64,000 nt of DNA. Origin: an uncultured Gammaproteobacteria bacterium. GTDB lineage: Bacteria; Patescibacteriota; Microgenomatia; Levybacterales; UBA12049. Below, piece by piece: positions 16,914-27,000 of the stretch. A model generated the notes under the pieces. It was not told the DNA's origin and searched no databases. It saw nothing but the letters and a program-made list of their open reading frames with translations. Position numbers and translations under genes: made by a program. Numbering within the stretch: the stretch's first letter is position 1; every line of letters starts with the position of its first letter. The stretch is taken from contig CAYYSJ010000007.1 in assembly GCA_964474445.1 (NCBI GenBank), positions 3,112 through 67,111 of the forward strand, given 5' to 3'.

Positions 16914-18599
16914 ATGGGTACTGAAATTCGATCACAATTGAAGCAAGTGAGGCAAGATTTACCTCACAATTTTCAGGTGCGTACATTTCCTAATAAGGTA
17001 GGTCTGGTAAATAGATTACGACTTTGGAAAGAGATGTCGCGTGAGATGAGGCATTTTAGAGGTGAGGTGTGGCATAAAGATGAGATATGGGCAAGTAACA
17101 GTGAGAATTATAGTTATGCTTTTTTTGGAAGAGATAGTCTTGAAGCCTCGGAAGATACCCTTCCCTTTGATACCACATTTGCAAGAGACACTATTCGCAA
17201 TTTAAGTAGACTGCAAGGCCGCTCATATAATGCTGTGACAGAAGAAGAACCAGGGAAAATTGTTCATGAATTCAGACAAAAAAGTAATACCCACCCACAA
17301 GCAACGCAGGAAATCTTTCAAAAACTCCATGATATGTGGGGGGAAAAAGGAACAGATTTTGTTAGTTATTACGGTAGTGCAGATGCAACGCCACTCTACA
17401 TACGACTTGTTGCAGATTATTGCCAACAGGTAGGCAATACCAACATTCTTGATGAAATAATAATCCAGAAAGATGGAAAAGAAAAATCAATTAGAGAAGT
17501 CTTATGGAACAGTTTGGAATGGTTACAACGACGCGTTGAAGATGGTCCTCTAGGACCTGATGGATTATCTACTGAGCCTCATCCTGACAAAAGAATAAAA
17601 CTTCTTGAATTTAAGCGAATGAATGAAAAAGGAATCGAAAATCCCATTTGGAAAGATTCTCTTACTTCCGTCATGCACCCAGACGGAACATTAGCAAATC
17701 ATGATTATCCTATTGCAACAATTGAGCTGCAAGGTTTAGCTTATGATGCATTAACAAAGGGAACAGAACTTTTTAAAGAAGACTATACAAAGGCTCAAGC
17801 GAGAGCTGGTATGCTCCTCACTGCCTCTGAGGTTCAACTGAATACGTTGACTCATTTTTGGATGCCTGAGCGGAATTATTTTGCCGTTGGGTTAGATAGA
17901 GACGATAATGGTAATTATAGACAAATACGAACTATAGAATCAAACCCAGCAGAACTTCTGAATACGACATTTTTTGATAAGCTCCCTGAGCATATGAGAC
18001 AACCGTATATCACAGGTATTGTTAATACAATTTATAGTAAGAACTTTTTAACAGACGTTGGAGTTAGATGCAGATCATTAGAATACACAGGTATGATAGA
18101 TTTCTGGGATTATCATGGAGTTCACGCTGTGTGGCCAAAAGAAACATATGATATTGCAAAAGGACTTTTGAAGCAAGGATTTCCTCAATTAGCAGAACAA
18201 CTTTTTTTTCGTATGAGAAACGGTATGAAAGTTGAAAACTCATTTGCCGAATTATTTTACGTTGACGATGATGGTTCTGTAGCTTATAAACCAAAAAAAT
18301 TACTCGACACAAATGCACAACACGGCAAGGTTATTGTCACAACATCTGTTCCTGAAGACAAACAAACATGGTCTTGGAGTGCATACATTGCAAGTGTCCT
18401 TAATAGAAGGATAAAACCAAACATACTATCTTGGCAATATAAACTTGAAGAGCAACTTCTTCTTGCAAATCCGTTAGTAGAACCTCTTTCATTTAGAAAA
18501 GCCAGAGCTCTTATGCGAAGAGCATACGTCATTGATCAGCAAACTGCATTTGATAGAGAAAGAGTGTTCAAAGGAAAACTGAGACGAACTGCAGATTAA
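16914..18599 (+). CDS. Glycogen debranching enzyme-like glycoside hydrolase, paralog of 1258..3072
   Basis: 561 aa sharing collinear motif blocks with the first GDE-like ORF ('KLLEFKRMNEKG', 'YPIATIELQG..DAL', 'HFWMPERNYFAVGLDRDDNG', 'NTTFFD', 'FLTDVGVRCR', 'DFWDYHG'). Confidence 0.6.
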   Translation: MGTEIRSQLKQVRQDLPHNFQVRTFPNKVGLVNRLRLWKEMSREMRHFRGEVWHKDEIWASNSENYSYAFFGRDSLEASEDTLPFDTTFARDTIRNLSRLQGRSYNAVTEEEPGKIVHEFRQKSNTHPQATQEIFQKLHDMWGEKGTDFVSYYGSADATPLYIRLVADYCQQVGNTNILDEIIIQKDGKEKSIREVLWNSLEWLQRRVEDGPLGPDGLSTEPHPDKRIKLLEFKRMNEKGIENPIWKDSLTSVMHPDGTLANHDYPIATIELQGLAYDALTKGTELFKEDYTKAQARAGMLLTASEVQLNTLTHFWMPERNYFAVGLDRDDNGNYRQIRTIESNPAELLNTTFFDKLPEHMRQPYITGIVNTIYSKNFLTDVGVRCRSLEYTGMIDFWDYHGVHAVWPKETYDIAKGLLKQGFPQLAEQLFFRMRNGMKVENSFAELFYVDDDGSVAYKPKKLLDTNAQHGKVIVTTSVPEDKQTWSWSAYIASVLNRRIKPNILSWQYKLEEQLLLANPLVEPLSFRKARALMRRAYVIDQQTAFDRERVFKGKLRRTAD

Positions 18600-19051
18600 A
18601 ACGTGTTATTTCTCTTCATATTTTGCAAAAATTCTTTCTGTTCTTCCACAATATTTTGAGGAAAATCGGAAAAAAACTTTATAGTGCTTGCTTGCTCATC
18701 AAGAATAAATTTTTTAGACGTAGAGTTGCACAAGAAAGCAAGACCAACAGGATGATCAAATCCTCCTCCTGCTTCTTGATTAAGATATTCAATATATCCT
18801 AAAAATTTTCTTACAGTAACATCAACTCCTAACTCTTCTTTTGCAATTCTTTTTACTGCACCTTCAAGTGATTCCTTAAAATAAACAGTCCCTCCTGGTA
18901 AATGCCATATGTTGGCAAAAGGAGGTATGCCACGCAAGGTAAAAAGTATACCCTCCTTATCCTGTATCACTACTTCTACTGTTAAACGTGGCACTTGAGA
19001 ATAAATCTTTTTGTATTCTTCAAATGTGAACTGTTTATTCATTTCGATCAA
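18596..19051 (-). CDS. NUDIX hydrolase
   Basis: 151 aa with Nudix box 'GGTVYFKESLEGAVKRIAKEELGV' (GX5EX7REUXEEXGU). Confidence 0.75.
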   Translation of the reverse strand: MIEMNKQFTFEEYKKIYSQVPRLTVEVVIQDKEGILFTLRGIPPFANIWHLPGGTVYFKESLEGAVKRIAKEELGVDVTVRKFLGYIEYLNQEAGGGFDHPVGLAFLCNSTSKKFILDEQASTIKFFSDFPQNIVEEQKEFLQNMKRNNTF

Positions 19052-19156
19052 TCATATCATATCAGCATAACAATGTTTCTCACTTATTATTGATCCTTTT
19101 CTCTAAGAAGTTTCATATTACTCCTTCAAACTGAGATTGCTTACTCCATTAGAATA

Positions 19157-20203
19157 ATGAGACAGATAAAACCAGTAAACAAAACAGTACGAAAAATTGC
19201 AATTTTTCGGGCTCTTCAATTAGGAGATATGCTTTGCAGTATTCCGTCATTTCGTGCACTCAGAGCATATTATCCGGATACCAAAATTACGCTCATAGGG
19301 CTTCCTTGGGCGAGGGATTTTGCACAAAGATTTCCTCACTATATTAACGAATTTTTTGCATTTCCAGGATATCCCTCTTTGCCGGAAAGAAAATTTAATC
19401 TTGAAGCATTTCCACGATTTTTACAAAAAGTGCAAGACGAACAATTTGATCTCGTTTTTCAAATGCATGGATTAGGTACAATAACGAATCCACTCATCAC
19501 ACTCTTTCATGCAAAACAGTCTGCCGGATTTTATATAAAAAATACCTATTGCCCTAACAAGAAAATGTTTTTTATCTATCCAGAAGAACTCCATGAAACA
19601 CATAAATATTTATTCTTACTTAAACAACTTGGGATTCCCTCTCAAGGGAACTATTTAGAATTTCCTATATCAAAAACCGAAGAGTATCAAACAACAATAC
19701 TCATGCAAACATATGGCATAAAAAAGAAGAAATATATTATGTTGCATCCAGGAGGAAGAGATAAGAAAAGACAAAATGGTGTTACACTCTTCTCTACACT
19801 TGCAAATGTTCTTACTCATCAAGGGTATACTGTTGTTCTGACAGGAACTGCAAACGAACAGACTCTTTGTAAACAAATACTCAAAGAAACCACTTCAAAA
19901 AATATCATTGACCTTTCTGGAAAAACACAGTTAGGCCAACTTGCGTATATCATACAACATGCTTCACTTCTTGTTTCTAACGATACCGGCGCATCTCATC
20001 TTGCTGACGCACTTCATACACCAAGTGTTATTCTTTTTACACCTTACTCAAATCAAAATCGTTGGGCACCCTTAAATACGCAGCTCCATATATCACTCGC
20101 CCCACCCTACTCTCTTGACCAGATACTGAATACTGCAACTGCACTACTTTATCATGATATGGCAAGTCGCGTATCTCCAAGAAAGGAGCACTATGCAAAC
20201 TAA
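19157..20203 (+). CDS. GT9 family glycosyltransferase (ADP-heptose-dependent heptosyltransferase-like), copy 1
   Basis: 348 aa. N-terminal 'KIAIFRALQLGDMLCSIPSFRALRAYYPDTKITLIG' and C-terminal 'SNDTGASHLADAL' are the conserved GT9 (WaaC/WaaF/WaaQ-like) blocks. Confidence 0.75.
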   Translation: MRQIKPVNKTVRKIAIFRALQLGDMLCSIPSFRALRAYYPDTKITLIGLPWARDFAQRFPHYINEFFAFPGYPSLPERKFNLEAFPRFLQKVQDEQFDLVFQMHGLGTITNPLITLFHAKQSAGFYIKNTYCPNKKMFFIYPEELHETHKYLFLLKQLGIPSQGNYLEFPISKTEEYQTTILMQTYGIKKKKYIMLHPGGRDKKRQNGVTLFSTLANVLTHQGYTVVLTGTANEQTLCKQILKETTSKNIIDLSGKTQLGQLAYIIQHASLLVSNDTGASHLADALHTPSVILFTPYSNQNRWAPLNTQLHISLAPPYSLDQILNTATALLYHDMASRVSPRKEHYAN

Positions 20204-21203
20204 CAGACCTCGGATACTTACCTGGCATATTCATGGAAGTTATTTATATTACTTAACACAAACTGCATGCGAATTTTATATTCCGGTAAAAGAGGAACGA
20301 CCAGATCGCTATATTGGCTTGCCTGAAGGTGACTTCCCTTGGGGAGAGAATGCTCACGAAATTGCAGCTGAAAAAATAAAAGAGCTTGATTTTGATTGTA
20401 TCCTTTTTCAGTCTCAAGAAAATTATACCCAGGATCAGTATGAGGTTCTTTCAGCACAACAGCTTAGCCTGCCCAAAGTATATCTTGAGCATGATCCTCC
20501 TCGTGAAACACCGACAGATACCAAACACATTGTTGATGATCCAGATATCTTGCTAGTCCATGTCACGCATTTTAATAATGTATTTTGGGACAATAATCAA
20601 ACTCCGACAACTGTTATTGAACATGGTGTTTCCATTCCAAAAGATATCCAGTATGTGGGAAACTTGCGTAAAGGCATTGTTGTTGTTAATAACCTTCAGA
20701 CAAGAGGAAGAAGACTTGGACTCGATATTTTTGAATCAGTAAAAAAGCACATTCCAGTAGATATTATTGGTATAAACTCACAATATGTTGGAGGACTTGG
20801 GGAAATTTCTCATCAAAGACTTCCCTCATTTCTTGCTCACTATAGATTTTTCTTCCACCCCATCAGATATACCAGTTTAGGACTCGCCGCTTGTGAAGCA
20901 ATGATGATAGGACTTCCCATTGTTGGATTATCAACAACAGAGATGCCAGATGTGATTGAAAATGGTAAAGAAGGGTTTTTACACAACGATATCGCTACTT
21001 TAATACAACACATGCAAGAGTTACTCAATGATAAGGCATATGCGAAAAGATTGAGTCAAAATGCAAAGAATAAAGCATTGAAAAAGTTTCACATAAAGCG
21101 TTTTGTAGAAGATTGGGAAGATCTTTTTCAATCTGAAATACAAAAGCATAAGAGGAAAGCTCTACAACATACAATGAGAAAAAGTATAGGAGGAATTTTA
21201 TGA
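20193..21203 (+). CDS. GT4 family (GT-B, retaining) glycosyltransferase
   Basis: C-terminal 'EAMMIGLPIVGLSTTEMPDVIENGKEGFL' matches the GT4 E-x7-E region. I prefer the start at ATG 20193 (AGGAG RBS) over the track start 20154; it overlaps the upstream gene by 11 nt. Confidence 0.7.
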   Translation: MQTNRPRILTWHIHGSYLYYLTQTACEFYIPVKEERPDRYIGLPEGDFPWGENAHEIAAEKIKELDFDCILFQSQENYTQDQYEVLSAQQLSLPKVYLEHDPPRETPTDTKHIVDDPDILLVHVTHFNNVFWDNNQTPTTVIEHGVSIPKDIQYVGNLRKGIVVVNNLQTRGRRLGLDIFESVKKHIPVDIIGINSQYVGGLGEISHQRLPSFLAHYRFFFHPIRYTSLGLAACEAMMIGLPIVGLSTTEMPDVIENGKEGFLHNDIATLIQHMQELLNDKAYAKRLSQNAKNKALKKFHIKRFVEDWEDLFQSEIQKHKRKALQHTMRKSIGGIL

Positions 21204-23104
21204 AAAAAAGATTAGCTTTTATATCAGAGCATGCATCTCCCCTAGCCGCATTAGGAGGAGTTGATAGCGGAGGACAAAATTTATATGTAGACCAAGTAGC
21301 CAAGCATCTTTCAATGTTAGGGTATGAAATTGATATTTTTACGCGTTGGGATAATCACCAACTTCCTAAAGTGATTAATTATCAAAATGGCATACGTGTT
21401 ATTCATATAAAAGCAGGTCCTGTCCAATACATTAAGAAAGAACTGCTCCTTTCCTATATGCATGAGTTTACTATAGAGATGTTACGGTTTATTGAGGAAG
21501 AGGAACTTACCTATAAGTTAATCCATGCTAACTTTTTTATGTCAGCACTTGTTGCTTCAGAAATAAAAAAGGAACTTCGAATTCCCTTCGTTGTCACATT
21601 CCATGCATTAGGAAAAATACGACGTATGTATCAAGGTGACAAAGATACATTTCCCGATACGCGATTTACTATCGAAAAAGAAGTATGCAACAGTGCGGAT
21701 CAAATTATCGCAGAATGTCCCCAAGATAAAGAAGATCTCATGTATCACTATCATGCAAGCCAAGATAAAATAAGCATTATACCTTGTGGATTTGATCCAA
21801 ATGAGGTATACCCTCTTGATAAACATCTTGCAAAAATCACCATAGGACTTGATCCTCACAAGAAATATATTTTGCAACTAGGTCGTATTGTCCCCCGAAA
21901 AGGTATTGATACTGTTATTGCTTCATTTGCAAAACTTCGTAAAAAAACACAAGGACAAGTAAAACTACTCATTGTTGGAGGAGAATCTGATGAGCCAAAT
22001 TCTTCTATTACTCCCGAAATTGGAAGACTACAAAACATTGCGAAAGCATTACATGTTGCAACAGATGTCATCTTTTTAGGGAGACGATCACGTGAACAGT
22101 TAAAATATGTATATAATGCTGCTGATATCTTTATCAGTGTCCCGTGGTATGAGCCATTTGGTATCACTCCTCTTGAAGCAATGGCATGCGGAACACCAGT
22201 GATTGGTTCTCGTGTTGGAGGAATAAAATTTAGTGTTATCGATGGAAAAACCGGTTTTTTAGTAGAACCACATGATACAGAAATGCTTGCAACAAAAATG
22301 CAGGAATTGTTAACAAATGAAAAGCTTGGAAGATCTTTCTCAGAGAATTCGCTAAAAAGAGTTAATGAATTCTTTACATGGAAAACTGTTGCATCAATGC
22401 TTTCAACAATCTACGAAAAAATTCTTTACTCCCAAAAACTTTCTGTTCAACAATATAATGAACAATCAGATATTGTAGACAGAAACTTTGAAGTACTCAT
22501 AACAACTGTTCAACGGTCTCAACAAAAACTGCGACTGTCCATTGTTCATACAACCCGAATTTTGTATACGTGTTTACAAAATGATGGAAAGATACTGATT
22601 TGTGGAAACGGAGGAAGTGCGACAGATGCTCAACATTTTGCAGGAGAACTCGTTGGCAGATTTAAAATAGAAGATAGACTTGCCCTCCCTGTCCTTTCCT
22701 TAACAGCAGATTCATCAATATTAACAGCAATAGGCAATGACTATTCATTTGAGAATATTTTTGCAAGGCAAGTTGAAGCATATGGGAAACCGGGAGATGT
22801 CCTTATTGCAATTAGTACAAGTGGTAATTCAAAAAATATTATCAATGCTCTCAAGACAGCGAGAGAAAAGGACCTTATCTGTATCGGATTTACAGGCAGA
22901 AGCGGTGGAAAGATGATAGATGATTGTGATATTTCACTTGTTGTCCCTGCAGATCAAACTTCCCTCATCCAAGAAATTCATACGCACCTGATTCATTCGA
23001 TATGTGAACTTATTGAAAAACAACTGTTTTACTCTCATGAACAATCACTATCTAAATCTAAAAAAAATATAAACGATACAATGCCAGTGGCAAAAAATGG
23101 ATAA
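21200..23104 (+). CDS. Fusion protein: GT4 glycosyltransferase + SIS-domain sedoheptulose-7-phosphate isomerase (GmhA-like)
   Basis: 634 aa. Residues ~1-400 are a GT4 fold ('GGQNLYV', 'EPFGITPLEAMACGTPVIGS', 'E..NG..GFLVEP'). Residues ~440-620 are a SIS domain with GmhA hallmark 'ILICGNGGSATDAQHFAGELVGRF' and 'ISTSGNSKNI'. Confidence 0.7.
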   Translation: MKKRLAFISEHASPLAALGGVDSGGQNLYVDQVAKHLSMLGYEIDIFTRWDNHQLPKVINYQNGIRVIHIKAGPVQYIKKELLLSYMHEFTIEMLRFIEEEELTYKLIHANFFMSALVASEIKKELRIPFVVTFHALGKIRRMYQGDKDTFPDTRFTIEKEVCNSADQIIAECPQDKEDLMYHYHASQDKISIIPCGFDPNEVYPLDKHLAKITIGLDPHKKYILQLGRIVPRKGIDTVIASFAKLRKKTQGQVKLLIVGGESDEPNSSITPEIGRLQNIAKALHVATDVIFLGRRSREQLKYVYNAADIFISVPWYEPFGITPLEAMACGTPVIGSRVGGIKFSVIDGKTGFLVEPHDTEMLATKMQELLTNEKLGRSFSENSLKRVNEFFTWKTVASMLSTIYEKILYSQKLSVQQYNEQSDIVDRNFEVLITTVQRSQQKLRLSIVHTTRILYTCLQNDGKILICGNGGSATDAQHFAGELVGRFKIEDRLALPVLSLTADSSILTAIGNDYSFENIFARQVEAYGKPGDVLIAISTSGNSKNIINALKTAREKDLICIGFTGRSGGKMIDDCDISLVVPADQTSLIQEIHTHLIHSICELIEKQLFYSHEQSLSKSKKNINDTMPVAKNG

Positions 23105-23112
23105 ACAAACGA

Positions 23113-23835
23113 ATGGAAACGTTGAAAAATAAAATTATTCTTATTACAGGTGCAGGACAAGGACTTGGTGAAGCAACAAGTCGAGTACTAGCAAAAGAGG
23201 GTGCAATTATCCTGGCTGCTGATATTCAATATGAATTAGTTGTTTCACTCATTGAGGATCTTATTGCACAAGGGTATCAAGGTGAAGCGTTTCATCTTGA
23301 CGTAACAAACGATGACTCTATACAAAAAGTGCTTGACACTATTATGAATAGTTATGGACATATCGATGTTTTAATTAATAATGCGGGGATCGATGTAACC
23401 AAGCCTATTGAAGAAATAGCGATTGAAGAATTTGACCACATTCTTTCGGTCAATTTACGAGCACCATTTATATTATCAAAGTCTGTTCTTCCTTTTATGA
23501 AACACTCTGGAGGGAGTATTGTCAATATTATTTCTACAGCAGCAAAACGTGCATGGGTAAATGCTTCTGCTTATCATGCAAGTAAATGGGGATTATTAGG
23601 ACTCTCCTATGCATTACATGTTGAAGGAAGAAAAAAACATATTAGGGTTTCAGCTGTTGTTGCAGGAGGGATGAAGACACCTTTTATTTTAAACCGTTTT
23701 CCTGATACACCGCTTGAGGTGTTACAGAACCCTGAAAGAGTTGCTGAAATCATTAAGTGTGTGCTTTTGGTACCTGAAGAATCAGTCGTCCCTGAAGTAA
23801 TGGTGCTTCCTATGCAAGAAACATCATGGCCATGA
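23113..23835 (+). CDS. Classical short-chain dehydrogenase/reductase (SDR)
   Basis: 240 aa. 'ITGAGQGLGEA' cofactor motif, 'NNAG' motif, catalytic 'YHASKWG' (YxxxK). Confidence 0.8.
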   Translation: METLKNKIILITGAGQGLGEATSRVLAKEGAIILAADIQYELVVSLIEDLIAQGYQGEAFHLDVTNDDSIQKVLDTIMNSYGHIDVLINNAGIDVTKPIEEIAIEEFDHILSVNLRAPFILSKSVLPFMKHSGGSIVNIISTAAKRAWVNASAYHASKWGLLGLSYALHVEGRKKHIRVSAVVAGGMKTPFILNRFPDTPLEVLQNPERVAEIIKCVLLVPEESVVPEVMVLPMQETSWP

Positions 23836-24398
23836 TTATGAAAAAAGCAATTTTTATTGATAAGGATGGGACACTGATTACCAATGTTCCTTATAATGTA
23901 GACGTTAATAAAATACAACTCGTGAATGATGTTGGACCAAGTCTCCTGCGTCTTTCCCAACATGGATATCTGTTTGTTGTCATAACAAATCAGTCCGGCA
24001 TTGCAAAAGGATTATTTACCGAAGAACAGCTATCTCCTGTTTTTCAAACAATACAAGCACTTTTAGATGCATTTCATGTAACTCTTGCTGGGTTTTATTA
24101 TTGTCCACATCATCCTCAGGGGACTATCAGTTCGTATACAAAGACTTGTTTTTGTCGCAAACCTTTACCTGGTCTTCTTTTCCAAGCAGCATCTGATTTA
24201 CACATAGACATTTCTTCCTCATGGATGATTGGGGATATGCTAACAGACGTTGAAACTGGAAATAAGGCAGGGTGTAAAACGATATTGCTCCACAATAGTA
24301 ATGACATAGAAGAAGATATATCTCCTCATAATATTCCCTATTACATAGCACCAACCTTTCGCGACATCGTTGACGCAATACTTCTATCAGAGAAGTGA
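23826..24398 (+). CDS. gmhB: D-glycero-D-manno-heptose 1,7-bisphosphate phosphatase (HAD family)
   Basis: 190 aa. HAD motif I 'IFIDKDGTLI', 'VITNQSGIAKG', Zn-binding-like 'CPHHP...CFCRKP' loop, motif 'MIGDMLTDVETG'. Confidence 0.75.
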   Translation: MAMIMKKAIFIDKDGTLITNVPYNVDVNKIQLVNDVGPSLLRLSQHGYLFVVITNQSGIAKGLFTEEQLSPVFQTIQALLDAFHVTLAGFYYCPHHPQGTISSYTKTCFCRKPLPGLLFQAASDLHIDISSSWMIGDMLTDVETGNKAGCKTILLHNSNDIEEDISPHNIPYYIAPTFRDIVDAILLSEK

Positions 24399-24428
24399 CT
24401 ACAATCGATACACCCAATTATATACTGT

Positions 24429-25913
24429 ATGATTCGTGATTTTTCGACAATATTAAAAAAAATTGAAAACCTATCCTTTATTGTTATAGGAGATGCCATG
24501 TTAGATGTGTATATACGAGGACTTTCGCAAAGACTCTCTCGAGAAGCGCCAGTCCCCATTATCGCAGTTGAGGATAGGCAAGAGCGTGCAGGAGGAGCAG
24601 CAAATACAGCCATTAATGTGGCACAATTCGGCGCTCATTGCTATTTTATGTCTACAATTGGAGAAGATCCCGAAGGAGACAGTCTTATACAGATACTAGA
24701 TAGCAATGGTGTTCATACAGAAACTCTAATAAGGGAAAACAAAAGAACATTAAGCAAACAAAGAGTATGCGCTCAAGATCAACAACTCGTTCGATTTGAT
24801 TATGGAAATGATAAAAAAATTAACAAAAGCACAGAACACAAGTTGATTACAGCTCTTTCACAACTTCACCAGCAATGTGATGGTATTATTATTTCTGACT
24901 ATGAATATGGAACGATAACAGAAGCTATTAGAGAGGAACTCTACTCTCTCCAAAAAATATTAAAGAAAATTATTGTCGTCGATGCAAAACACCCTCAGAA
25001 ATATTCACTTCTCTCTCCAACACTCGTAAAACCAAATTTTGCTGAGACCATGGATCTTTTACAAATAAAGGACTATCCAACAACAAACAGAATAGCTTTT
25101 ATAGATTCCTATAAAGACCAAATCCTTGAAAAAACAGGAGCATGTATCGTAGCAGTAACACTTGATAAAGAAGGGAGCATTGTCTTTCAGCAAAAAAGTA
25201 ATTCATATCAAATACCAACCACTCCAATGGATAATGCAAAAGCTGCTGGCGCTGGTGATACATATACCGCAATGTTTGCACTTTCACTTGCGGCACAGGG
25301 AGAAATTTTTACTGCAGCGCATGTAGCAGCAGTAGCAGCAGGAATTGTTATCCAGAAAGATCTTACTGCAATTTGTACAAAATCAGATTTGTACTTTTAC
25401 TACTATTCACAACAAAAACAACTTCAGTATTCAGACATGCCACAATTTATACAGTCTATAAGAACACAGAAAAAACGGATTGTGTTCACAAATGGTTGTT
25501 TCGATATTATTCACAGCGGACATATTACCTATTTACAAGAAGCAAAAAATCTTGGCGATATATTAATTGTAGGACTCAACACTGATGAGAGTGTCAAAAG
25601 GCTCAAAGGAAAAGAACGACCAATTAATACATTACTAGATCGCATGCATGTCTTATCTGGGCTAGCAAGTGTTGATTATGTTATTCCATTTGCAGAAGAT
25701 ACTCCTATTGCTCTTATCAAAAAAATTTGTCCAGATATTTATGTAAAAGGGGGAGACTATACAAGAGAAACATTACCTGAAGTACCAATTGTAGAACGTT
25801 TGGGAGGACGACTCGAGATTATTCCTTATGTAAAAGACCATTCCACAACAAACATTATTCGACAGATACAAGAAAAAACATCTGGAAAATCTATGTTACA
25901 TTCTTATGAATAA
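24429..25913 (+). CDS. hldE: Bifunctional D-beta-D-heptose 7-phosphate kinase / D-beta-D-heptose 1-phosphate adenylyltransferase
   Basis: 494 aa. N-terminal pfkB-type sugar kinase ('VIGDAMLDVYI', 'GGAANTA', 'GAGDT'). C-terminal cytidylyltransferase-like domain ('FTNGCFDIIHSGHITYL', 'LIVGLNTDESV'). Confidence 0.85.
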   Translation: MIRDFSTILKKIENLSFIVIGDAMLDVYIRGLSQRLSREAPVPIIAVEDRQERAGGAANTAINVAQFGAHCYFMSTIGEDPEGDSLIQILDSNGVHTETLIRENKRTLSKQRVCAQDQQLVRFDYGNDKKINKSTEHKLITALSQLHQQCDGIIISDYEYGTITEAIREELYSLQKILKKIIVVDAKHPQKYSLLSPTLVKPNFAETMDLLQIKDYPTTNRIAFIDSYKDQILEKTGACIVAVTLDKEGSIVFQQKSNSYQIPTTPMDNAKAAGAGDTYTAMFALSLAAQGEIFTAAHVAAVAAGIVIQKDLTAICTKSDLYFYYYSQQKQLQYSDMPQFIQSIRTQKKRIVFTNGCFDIIHSGHITYLQEAKNLGDILIVGLNTDESVKRLKGKERPINTLLDRMHVLSGLASVDYVIPFAEDTPIALIKKICPDIYVKGGDYTRETLPEVPIVERLGGRLEIIPYVKDHSTTNIIRQIQEKTSGKSMLHSYE

Positions 25914-27000
25914 AGATTGGCGACTGGTTCGCAATATACTCTGTATTCGTCCTGACAATATGGGAGATGTCATTATGACTCAACCCGCACTTCGAGCACT
26001 TAAAGAATCACAACAAGAGGTACATATTACTCTGCTCACATCAGATATTGGAGCAAACATTACTCCATATATTCCAGAAATTGATAAAACAATTGCATAC
26101 AATGTCCCATGGGTAAAAGCTTCTGGTACCGACGTACCCCAATTATCTTCTCTTATCCAAACTCTTAGCAAAGAGCAATTTGATGCAGCTGTTATTTTTA
26201 CGAATTTCAGTCAAAGTGCACATCCTTCTGCTGCTATTTCTTTACTTGCTCATATCCCTAAGAGATTGGCATATTCACGCGAACGTGTGTATGATCTCCT
26301 GACAGATTGGGTAGCTGATACAGAACCCTTTACTCCTCTTATACATGGTGTAGAAAGAAACCTAAAATTAGTAGCGACGATAGGTGCAACAACAATAAAT
26401 ACCAATCTTTCCTTAAAAATTCTGTCAGAAGATTTTCAAAATCTTTTAACACTTCTTTTTCAGACGAGCCTTGACTTAACAAAACCGTGGGTCATTATTC
26501 ACCCGGGAGTAGAAGATAAAAAAAGACAATTCCCTGTTGGACGTCTTGCAGAAGTAGCGCGCCTACTCATCCATAAGGGATATCAAATACTTTTGACAGG
26601 CACTCAAAAAGAAGAACAACAAATACATCACATGCAACAGCTTCTCCAAAAAAGAGCAATTAACCTTGGTGGAAAACTATCATTAGGGGAATTCCTCGGT
26701 CTTTTAAGAATTTCTCCTTTAGTAATAGCGAATAATACTGGAGTCGTTCATATGGCTGCAGCACTCAACACACCAGTTATCGTTTTATATGCAAGAACAA
26801 ATCCAGAACATACTCCATGGAATGTTAAAAGTTATGTTTTTTATTTTGACACATCGTCGAGCCTAAAAAGTAAGGTTCCTCTACTCTCATACATCGCACC
26901 GCATGATCAAATCCCTTTGCCAAAAGCAATGGAAATTCTTGAAGCTGCTTTAGCGATATTAGCATCGTATACTCATTCACCGAACTTCCAATTTTTATGA
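25906..27000 (+). CDS. GT9 family glycosyltransferase (heptosyltransferase-like), copy 2
   Basis: 364 aa. 'ILCIRPDNMGDVIMTQPALRALK' N-terminal GT9 block and 'ANNTGVVHMAAAL' C-terminal block. The stop TGA overlaps the next ATG (ATGA). Confidence 0.75.
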   Translation: MNKDWRLVRNILCIRPDNMGDVIMTQPALRALKESQQEVHITLLTSDIGANITPYIPEIDKTIAYNVPWVKASGTDVPQLSSLIQTLSKEQFDAAVIFTNFSQSAHPSAAISLLAHIPKRLAYSRERVYDLLTDWVADTEPFTPLIHGVERNLKLVATIGATTINTNLSLKILSEDFQNLLTLLFQTSLDLTKPWVIIHPGVEDKKRQFPVGRLAEVARLLIHKGYQILLTGTQKEEQQIHHMQQLLQKRAINLGGKLSLGEFLGLLRISPLVIANNTGVVHMAAALNTPVIVLYARTNPEHTPWNVKSYVFYFDTSSSLKSKVPLLSYIAPHDQIPLPKAMEILEAALAILASYTHSPNFQFL

